Under the pieces are notes generated by a model that did no database searches, had not been told where the DNA came from, and saw only the letters and a list, made by a program, of their open reading frames with translations. Source: Chrysomallon squamiferum (taxonomy: Eukaryota; Animalia; Mollusca). Taken from it: 64,000 nucleotides of DNA. The stretch covers positions 13,144,001 to 13,208,000 of the forward strand of contig CM022670.1 in NCBI GenBank assembly GCA_012295275.1, given 5' to 3'. Shown here one piece after another: positions 54,192-64,000 of the stretch. The stretch's first letter is position 1, and each line of letters opens with the position of its first letter. The position numbers and the translations under genes were made by a program.

Positions 54192-55046
54192 TGTACAAGA
54201 TAACTTCCATAAGCTGTATACAAGTGTTAAAGACAAGATAAAAATTATTATACAAACAGATACTGCAGTGGTATCTATAATTTTCAATTTATAGTTGCTT
54301 AGATATAACTTTCTAAACAGTTTTTGCACCATTCTAGAAATAAACTAATTGAACTAATTATCGTTCTTGTTCAGTAATCAGTACACGTTCTTGTTTTAAC
54401 TATAGCTTGCTCCATCTCCATCGCAAGGCTTTCTCTATTATCTAATAACTGATCATTGTATTTTTGCTTTAATTAATAATGGCTATTATAATGCCATAAT
54501 CTGAACACATTACAGTACTTTCATTCACACTGTATTTCAGTACAGTTGATGCGGAGTCGCAGGGGTAGCCACTGTACATTGTGTTGTGTCTGCTGCAAGC
54601 CCTTTTAATGGCTGGGGGAAATTGTAGTATTCAGTAAAAAAAAAAAAAGTATAAATCTCAGTTAAACCAAAAATTAATCCATCATCTCAAATGGTGGTTA
54701 GTTATAATGTTTAAAATGCTCAATAATCATTGTAAATTAACAAAGGAGCTTTCGACACAAAATTTAAGAAATAATTATAACAAAATTTATCGCGAAGGAA
54801 TTTGAATAGTTACATAATAATGGAAGTCATCGGGCCCACGCTGAGCGCAGGTTCTTCTCTTTTATTTTCTTATTTAGAAAATATCGAATATAGAAAATTA
54901 CAAGAGCATAACTGAATTTAAATTGTGTCATTAAAATTACAATAATAATAATAATAAGAAGAAGAAGAAGAATGAAAAAAGAAAGAAAGAAAGAAAGAAA
55001 GTAATTTAAAACAACAACAACAACAACAACAATATTAATAATAATC

Positions 55047-55088
<42 letters not shown>

Positions 55089-55367
55089 TTTTGGGGAAAC
55101 CAAAAAAAAAAAGATATATAAACTGTTTTCTTTTTATTGTTCTTTTTTCTTTCTTTTTTTTATTGTTGTTTCTTTATTGTTGATATATACTGATTAATGA
55201 CGAAGCTGAAAAAGTAATACTTCTTAAACTGCTAAATAGTTCCAACCAACGGTGAATAGTATTATTTTGTATGAATGAAGGCAAAGTATAACGGAAACAA
55301 GTCAAGAAACTTTAGCATCTATATTTTGAAAAGATAAAAAAATGAACAAAAAAAAGAAAGAAATTAT

Positions 55368-55440
55368 CGCCCAACGTGGGGCTCGAACCCACGACCCCGA
55401 GATTAAGAGTCTCGTGCTCTACCGACTGAGCTAGCCGGGC
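55368..55440 (-). tRNA. tRNA-Lys(CTT), canonical
   Basis: GCCCGGCTAGCTCAGTCGGTAGAGCACGAGACTCTTAATCTCGGGGTCGTGGGTTCGAGCCCCACGTTGGGCG, with a T-run downstream. Confidence 0.97.
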
Positions 55441-55954
55441 TAAGTGCTCGAACGTTTGAAAAATAAACAGATATTTCTGCGCAGGTTTATAAACTAAATC
55501 GATGGTAAAATAGAAATATTTTAATTACTAATTTGAGTTTTTCAACATTTGTTGCTTATTTCTTAATAGCTTTTCTTTCAGATATATATATATTTAATCC
55601 ATTCTTCCTTTGTTACTGTTAGCAATGTTTTCGTTGTTGTTTTTATTTGTTTTTAATTCCTTATTTATTTATTTCCTTTTTATAATAATAATAATAAAAA
55701 TGTTCTTATTTTTTTCTGAAAATGTCGATCAGTTATTTATTTTCACAACAATTTGAAATAATTTGGAAAGATGATCTTTGTTGTTTAATGCAAAGATCAA
55801 CATACACAGATGAATACAACAGATCTCATTACTGCTAGTGCCTGTGTTGTTATTATTTATTATATACTAATATAATTTTTAATTAATTCCAGTCGCATGA
55901 CCAAAATACAGATCTATTAACAAAACCCCTCATTTCTTCAATGTTATACGAATA

Positions 55955-56578
55955 CAGTGGTACCTCAAGTTACGAGTGCTCCAACTTGCGAGTTTCCGAG
56001 ATACAAGCAGACGCCCAGTTGATGTTTTGCTTTGAGTTGCGAGCCAAAATCGGCGTTACGAGCGAGCTACAGATACGCCGCCGCTAGTTGGCGCAATGAA
56101 TAACACAACATACACCGTGGGAGCATCTCTGTTGTGTTGTGCTCGCGTTTTGTGCAGTATTTTGCCAAATTTCCATGGATCCCAAGAAAGTGAGTGCAGA
56201 GGATAGTGCTGAGAAGAAGAAGTGGATGATATCCATTGAATTAAAGCATGAAATCATAGAAAAACATGAGCGAGGTGTGCGTGTTATCAACATGGCTAGG
56301 CAGTATGAGCGTAGTACTTTTATGATATGTACCATTACTGAAACAGAAGGAGTCGACAAAGGCTATAACTCCAGCCAAAGGCGTTAAAATAATTTCTAAG
56401 CTGCAGACCTCTGTCCACGAAAAGATGAAGAAACCCGAACCCTGTACACTTCAAAATAAATACACAACAATTTATTTCTTTACATTCTCTTTGGGGTGTG
56501 TATTTTTTTTGGGGGGGGGGCTGGAACGAATTAATGGTTAAAACAATTGAATTAAACTCGTAAGTCATGGTACTTCTG
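55955..56578 (+). mobile_element. Internally deleted Tigger/pogo DNA transposon
   Basis: TA|CAGTGGTACCTCAAGTTACGAGT at the left end and ACTCGTAAGTCATGGTACTTCTG|TA at the right end (imperfect TIRs, TA target duplication). Encodes the psq-HTH fragment MDPKKVSAEDSAEKKKWMISIELKHEIIEKHERGVRVINMARQY. Confidence 0.88.
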
Positions 56579-57069
56579 TATTTAACCAGAAACCTAATGT
56601 TCGTAATTTTCTACCTCCTTAATAGAAGAATGCGTCTGGTACACCGCCATTTAAGTCAAGTTCGATCCGCATTGTGTAAGGAAAATAACAGTATATGTCT
56701 AAAATAACACAATTTTAAAACGCTGAATGCCAGTTATCAGTACCAGAACTGAAGCTTCTTATTTTTAATTAACAGAATTATAAATAATAACATTTAATTG
56801 TACCAACAAATAGATCAAAATAATTTGTACACCGCAAATTACGAATACATGCTGGACATGCTTAATGTCATGTTCCAATATTGTGGAACAGAGTTTAATT
56901 TCTGAGATAATTAACTTTCAATATTTATTTATCTATCTATATCTCTGTCTGTCTGTCTGTCTCTGTATCTGTCTGTCTCTCTGTCTGTCGGTCTGTGTGT
57001 CAGTCTGTCTATCTATCTATCTATATCCATCCATCTATTTATACTGCGATAAATTACTCGTCTCTCTCT

Positions 57070-57132
<63 letters not shown>

Positions 57133-58385
57133 TATAGGTCAGAGCCGCAAAATATAGAAATGTGTTTAGTTGTCACAGCTTGGCATTATGTACAGGGTAC
57201 ATGTTAAAGTTATCAGTATCCAACTCAACAGTTCAGTGAAGTACATAACTGTTTAATTTATTATTATTATTTATTATTATTATTATTATTTAATTATTAT
57301 TATTATTATTATTATTTTTTTTTTTTTGTCATATCGCTATCGCCTTATAATGTGATACATTTTTAAAGCTAATGTATTAAAGTTATTATTTTTTTTTTTT
57401 AAATTCTTATCATTTATATTTTATTTTATTTTATTATTTTGTTTTATGTCTTTATTTTTAATTTTGTTTATTTTTATTTGTATATTATTTTATTTATATT
57501 ATTTGTTATCAGAGACTTGAAAAATAAGAAAAATAAAAAAAGGATTTCCAGTTAGTATTTAGAAATATTCTAACAGTTTACATTTTATAGTTTGTAGTTC
57601 CTGCACAGCACTCAGATTTGAAAAGAAAAGGAAAGAAAAAGTCTGTAATGCTGAGCACAGTTTTTGGATTTAGTGTATAATCTTACAATAACTCATAGAA
57701 ATGTGTTAGGCAAGGCGAGGTTTGAAACGTATTACTCAACTCACACCATCAAAGTAGTCTCTGGGCTCTCAGTTCTGTCGAGAGAAAAAAAAATGAATGG
57801 CAGTTAATGGCAGGCTTGGTGAATCCCCGGATTATAAGAGAAAGCCAATGGTATTCCATTCACGCACGCTTATACGCTTGTCACAAAAACCATGGGCATC
57901 TTTAAAAGCAGAAGCGGGCGCCAGTATGGATAATTTACGGCATCCCCAGTGATCCGTTTGATCTAATAGACGCAGGACCATCAAGTACTTACTTTTGACA
58001 CTGTCTGTAATCACGCATAGTCAAAACGTCACTCATCAAACGGATCAATACGGAATTTATCGAACTGGAATATATTGCAGGTGGGACATTCATTGTGTCC
58101 GGTTTAATTCCTGTTCTCTTGGGAGATCGCCCGCTTTTAGTTCTGTGAAGGATGAACAGAGCCAATGCAAATGGCTTTTGTGGCTAGCGGAGCAGTCTTT
58201 TGTTGAAGATTTGCTTTTCAAATGAGAGCGGAACGAATGACAGAAACAACAAGTGGTCTGCTCTAAACGGATGTTGCCCTGCAACACAGTGTCGCACGTT
58301 CGGAAGTCTTGCAGGTATCGGGAACAGGATGTTCTCTAGTGTCGTCTGCTACGACAACAATGACGTCTGCTTTGAAAAACTGACA

Positions 58386-58720
58386 ATGTTTGAAAACAGA
58401 AAAAAGTTTCAAGCTTCGCAGAAGTGGATTGTGTTTTGCTTATGTCTGTTCTTCACAGTGTTGGGCCAGTGTCAGGGCGTGAGCGACGCAGATTTGAAAT
58501 CGTTTGAAGATATTGTCGAGGAGATTTTGAAATGCAGAAAGGTGGCCGCCGTGTCTATAACGCTTGTCAAAGATAACAAAGTGCTGTTGGTCAAATCTTT
58601 AGGATACTCAGACCCAGAAAATAAAGTGAAAGCTAATGACAAAACCAAGTTCTGTATCGGTTCGCTAACCAAAGCGTTTACTGCAACGGTGGTGGCAAAA
58701 CTTGTTAACGACCGAGAAAA
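58386..58720 (+). CDS. First coding exon of a secreted beta-lactamase/PBP-fold serine hydrolase; the rest of the gene is not seen in the window
   Basis: Signal-like WIVFCLCLFFTVLGQCQG, then AVSITLVKDNKVLLVKSLGYSD...TKFCIGSLTKAFTA (SxxK motif). Ends at a GTGAGT donor at 58721. Alternative in-frame ATG at 58329. Confidence 0.82.
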
Positions 58721-59052
58721 GTGAGTATTGTTTTTAATACCTTTAGACAAAAGTCATCAATGAGATAATTAAAAATAATCTGTCGTAAAAAATATGGGAA
58801 ATAATATTCCCGCCACAGAATGAATTTTTATCATTATATCAAAAATGCGTCAGTGATGATAACTTTTCATGTTAATTCCGATATTATCAAAGAAAACATG
58901 GACTGGCTTCCGAATATAGAACTTCCTTAACACCGTGAAACATTATGTTTTAAAACCATACCAAAGCGAAGATCTTTTTTATATAAAGAAGATTACTGGT
59001 TTCATAGAAAACTCACGTGTTTTTCTAGGTTATAAGGATTTGGAACGTTACA

Positions 59053-59093
<41 letters not shown>

Positions 59094-60117
59094 TGATTAC
59101 ATTATAGAATTAGTTCTGTTTTCTTCAAAGTTGGGAAAACTGTTGCAATAACACGTTATTTTACTATTCAAAGTTCAGGTTTTTAAAATGTTAAACTTTT
59201 GATCATAGCCTGTCTTGGACATACTCCATAACACTGAAATAATTGCCAGAGAGAAATCCATGTTTTTATTTTTTAATTTTAATTTTTTTTTTTAAATGAA
59301 CAATATTTATAATTATTGTTATTGTTATTATTATTTTAAGATTTCATTTATTTATTTATTTATTTATTTTTGTTTACATAAAATCAGACTGTAGATATAG
59401 TTTCCTTCTAAGTATGAATTTTGTTTTCCTTTAATTTCTGTGACTCACGGTACTTATATAAATAAATAAATAAATAAATAAATAAAAAGAATGACACATT
59501 ATGGGTGGGAGAGAGAGAAATAGAGATATAAAAAAAAAAGAGAATTAAGCATTCAGTTTCTGAGATCCCTATTTATATTAATTTTATTTTAAAAAAAAGA
59601 AGAAATAAACGAAGAAAAATGCGGTTTATATATATATATATATACACACACACATACACATACAGACACACACACACAAACATATATACACATACATACA
59701 TACATACATACATACATACATACAAACATACAAACATACAAACATACATACATTTATGCATACATTTGAGTGTATATATCCATAATAATTCATTTCTGTT
59801 TGTATTTCATCATGATTATTTTTTGTTGTTGTTGTTGTGTTTTTAAACACATTTTCTCCCCTTAACCGCTTTTTTTAATACCAGCACCTGTTATAAATTA
59901 ATAAAATGAAACAGACTGGTTTTATTTATAGGGGTATGGTTGTGACGAGGGAGATTATCACGTGATAACATTTCTTTTGACAGCAAATTTCAAAACAGAT
60001 AAAACATTGCTCAGCACATACCAGTTAATCGCTACACATAATTTAAAAATAAATAAATATATAAATATATAAATAAATAAATAAATAAATAAATATATAA
60101 ATAAATAAATAAATACA

Positions 60118-60149
<32 letters not shown>

Positions 60150-60674
60150 CAAACAAACAAACATACAAATAAACAAATTTAATTAATTACCGTCTACCTA
60201 GCAGGGCTTGATAATGTACTTAAAATGTTTAATCGTATTAAATGTTTTCAGTACAGTAATTGAACAACGATAAAGTCACCCAGTGAATAAATCTCAGTAA
60301 TGAAGAAAGGAAATGAAATCAAAACCCAGTTCATCTCGATAAAAAGGTCGGCAAAAATTAATTAGATAACTAAAATAGCTTCCGAGTTTCCTCTGATGGG
60401 TTCCTAAATACGAGTAACGTTGGATTTATTTCCGCAATGTTTCCTTGGTTCTATACATAAGTGAATAGTGTATTGTTGTCAGAGAATTCAAAAGTGGTCG
60501 ATTTAAAGAATGATAATATTTAATATTTAATTTAAATTCTTTTGGAATATTTAAAATCCTTGACAATTGCTAAGATGGTAGTAGATAAGGCTTTTGTATG
60601 TAAATATATTCTGCCTGCAGAATTTTAATATAAATAAAATAATGTTTTCGTTATGAGAAAAAAGAAGAAGAAAG

Positions 60675-60747
60675 AGCCCAACGTGGGGCTCGAACCCACG
60701 ACCCCGAGATTAAGAGTCTCGTGCTCTACCGACTGAGCTAGCCGGGC
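60675..60747 (-). tRNA. tRNA-Lys(CTT), T73 variant
   Basis: Body identical to the canonical copy except for the discriminator base. T6 downstream. Confidence 0.92.
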
Positions 60748-61746
60748 TTCTTAACGACGTAAATGATTTCTGTCACGAATACGAAGGTATGACTTGTAAG
60801 TAAACTTATATTTGACAGTCTGCAAGTTAACAATAAATTATTGTTATAAAAAATACATTTTTATTTATTATTTTTTTTTTTTTAATTCTTCTGTTGACCT
60901 TATGGTCAGAATCTGGACCAGTTAATTACGTTTTAAAACAGATCTTATTAAATAATATTCTCTCTTCACTGCGTAACTGAACTCTGATAAAGATATCTCC
61001 TACAGCGGAATGAACCTCACTCAGAATAGGGCTCCGTTTGCTAACAGAATATGACATGACGCACCAGTATATCTGTTCTGTAATTTACAGAAACATGGGT
61101 GTGTGGGATCTCTGGTTGAAGGTGCCAACGTATTGATTTGCCCGAAATCTTAAACAGACAAAGACACAAGCACCAGCTTCTTCTTGCTTTGCTGTTTAGC
61201 TCGAATTTTTGAAGTAAGTTGTCCCATGTTAAATATCAGCTTAGTTACCATGGACACCACGAGTCGTAAACCCACGACAGCAAATGCTATCTGTAGAATA
61301 TTTATATTTCTAAATAAAAGTACAATTAGGCCGCGAAGCAATATTTTATAATTAAAAAAAAACCTATCTATATTTTGGTATGTGTGTGTGTGGGGGGGGT
61401 ATTTTAAAAGAGAAACGATTACTTGTGTATATCATAGCATTCATCTCTCTTGCAAAATACAGAAGTCCTGTAACGAGGAAAGCAACAGAAATCAAAACAC
61501 AATTCGTTTTAGTACAAAGGTCGCTCGAAAATACAATTAGACCATCAAATCGCTGCTGAATTTATTTAAGTAGTGCGTGCCTTGGTCATATAATGAGTGA
61601 ATTTGTTATAGGCGAATTGGAAACTGATTGACAAAACGGATGATGACGATATCAGAAATATTTAAAATCCTTGATGGTAAATTTACAGGAAAAGCAGAAT
61701 ATTAGTAAAACGTTCTCACCCATCGCATTCACTTTATAAAAAATTG

Positions 61747-61820
61747 AGCCAAACGTGGGGCTCGAACCCACGACCCCGAGATTAAGAGTCTCGTGCTCTA
61801 CCGACTGAGCTAGCCAGGGC
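61747..61820 (-). tRNA. tRNA-Lys(CTT) copy with disrupted acceptor stem (possible pseudogene)
   Basis: 5' end is GCCCTGGC (one extra base) and the 3' strand is GTTTGGC instead of GTTGGGC. D, anticodon and T arms are intact. Confidence 0.75.
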
Positions 61821-62029
61821 TTGAAGAACATTTATATGATTCCTGTTATGAACACGATGGTATCAATGGTAACCAAGCTGATATGTACCAATAAAGTTCT
61901 ATCATAAAATATATATGTAACACTTTTTAAACTCCTTACTGTACTGCGGGAATCTGGACCTCTAAATAACATTTTAAAAATTTATCTTGTGAAATAATAT
62001 TTTGTCTTCACTGCTGGTGTAAATGAAAG

Positions 62030-62106
<77 letters not shown>

Positions 62107-62464
62107 TCTAAACATACATTAGCCACCTATTCACTTCTCAGTTATACCGGCCATCTGTCTTTAACTCAGTACGATCTATTACCGAACTAAAAGTGTTTGT
62201 AAACATGTTACGTAGACAGCGAGGTAGCAGTTTAACACTGTATCTGCTGGAATTGCTCTTTAATCAAGGTTAGGCAAATGTTATATAAGACGAGCATTTT
62301 GTATGCTGTTCAGTGTTAAGAGTCATTCGGAGATTTTTGTTCAGGTCTGCGTATTTTAAGATGTTTCCAAAATATATACGTAACTAGTTTATAAATTTAC
62401 ATAGACGTTAATGGTGACTTTAGAAATCTTCCATAACCCAGATTATCATTAGGGAACTGAATAT

Positions 62465-62501
<37 letters not shown>

Positions 62502-62663
62502 TTTATATTTACTAATTTGTAATTTCTAGTTAATTTTCCCATTATTTTCATTTGTCTGTCACTTACTCTCCTTTAATTTTGTATCAAAAATTATGATGCT
62601 GATGCTAAAACAAAGATGAAAAATAGAGTGTGGCCGAGTATGATTGGACAAAAATTGTAGTAT

Positions 62664-62736
62664 AGCCCAACGTGGGGCTCGAACCCACGACCCCGAGATT
62701 AAGAGTCTCGTGCTCTACCGACTGAGCTAGCCAGGC
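62664..62736 (-). tRNA. tRNA-Lys(CTT), variant (T4, T73)
   Basis: Same sequence as the 54119-54191 copy. T5 downstream. Confidence 0.9.
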
Positions 62737-63288
62737 TTAATTTGAGATGGTTTAAATGCTGTTAAATTGTCTAAAATACTAATCGACAATTATCGTTGAA
62801 AATCGTTGAAAATTTCAATGCAATGTTCCCTCAGTATTAAAATTGGTAAAAATATATAATTTCTAACACCCTCTCTCTCTCTTTTCTCTGTCTCTCACCC
62901 TATCTCTTTCTCTCACTCTCTTTCTCTGTCTGTCTCTCAACCTCCCCTTCTCCCTCTTTCTGTCTGTCTCTCTCTCTCGTACTTTCCTGACTGCTTCCAC
63001 CCATCTCTCAATTTCTGTACTGGAATTGAAAAAACAGATGATAATTGAAAAGACACATATTAATTATTTACTAACAGGCTCGTGGACCAGATGGTCGCCA
63101 ATAGATAAACCAATTACACACTACAGACGTTCTTAACCAACACTGTACTGAGCAGATGTGTCTGCTAAGTTCTCGTGATTAATGAGTTCTTTCTTTTTGT
63201 TGTTTGTCTGTTTATACTTATTTTTATTCAAAAAGTTTCTGTTTCTGCAAATGAAATAAGTAAAGTAAATTTTATTTGCATCATTATT

Positions 63289-63376
<88 letters not shown>

Positions 63377-64000
63377 TCTTTCCATCTATCTTTAATTAGC
63401 TATCTATGTATCTATCTATCTGTATGTCTGTCTGTCTGTGTCTATCTCAGTATCCAACTATATGCAAAAGCATAATAATTATAACAACCACATACAAAAA
63501 AAAAAAAAAAAAAAAAAAAACCCCAAAACTGGCAAGTACAACACTTCTTTACATGCAGTTCAAAACTGTTTTCTCCAACGATTATTCACGTACTCAAATC
63601 ATCGCCGGCGGTAGAGATAATTTTTGTCCAAATTAACTTTTGTTTGACAGACGACTGTCAGCACGGACGTTTGCCATATACAACCGCCGTTTCATCTCTC
63701 ACATCAACTGTTTTCCGAGCTCATCCCGGCCTCAGTGTTTTGTTTGGTGCTCCCCTCTAACAGTCACTTCTGTTGACGCTGCTGCTTGCGAAAACAAAAT
63801 CATTTGTTCATTTTCACTTCATTATCTCACACGCATGCACCTCCGATGCATTTATCATGTGTTTATTTATAGAAGTGTACGTTTTTAGCGATCTCAACAG
63901 GCTATTTCTACTGCGCTAAGTAGAAAATAGAAAAGCATAATATTTACCTGAGAGTAAGTGGGGTTTTTTTTTGGAAGTAGGTTAACATATTCACAATATA

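Noticed and set aside
54826-54852. CGGGCCCACGCTGAGCGCA resembling a tRNA-Lys 3' end or LTR primer-binding site
   Set aside because: Short, mismatched, and no LTR or tRNA body adjacent.
58200-58724. Beta-lactamase-like ORF as bacterial contamination or a resistance gene
   Set aside because: It ends at a canonical GTGAGT donor and is embedded in eukaryotic sequence.
54119-62736. tRNA-Lys copies as tRNA-derived SINEs
   Set aside because: No shared 3' body or tail, and similarity among most copies stops at the tRNA ends.

Overview
AT-rich eukaryotic (invertebrate) genomic DNA with GT-AG introns and many microsatellites. A lophotrochozoan, probably mollusc, origin is an inference from gene and repeat content. 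1-~11.2 kb is a tandem array (period about 3.6 kb, starting before the window) carrying three intact minus-strand copies of a two-exon gene. That gene encodes a 98-100 aa secreted peptide: signal peptide, (GGSFS)n low-complexity tract, then a C-terminal six-cysteine module. I do not recognise this family, and it is the best candidate for an undescribed system. Each unit also carries a decayed relic of a FEN1/XPG-like 'HxFxGCDTTS' nuclease and CXC element. Next is a compact housekeeping block in alternating orientation: OBI1/RNF219 (-), SLC10A7 (+), RBM26/27 (-), SPATA5/AFG2A (+) and an ankyrin-SOCS box gene (-), with two short bidirectional promoters. The last 10 kb holds five tRNA-Lys(CTT) copies, a deleted Tigger/pogo element and the first coding exon of a secreted beta-lactamase-fold (SxxK) protein. 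Exon coordinates were read by eye and may be off by a few bases. No database searches were run.
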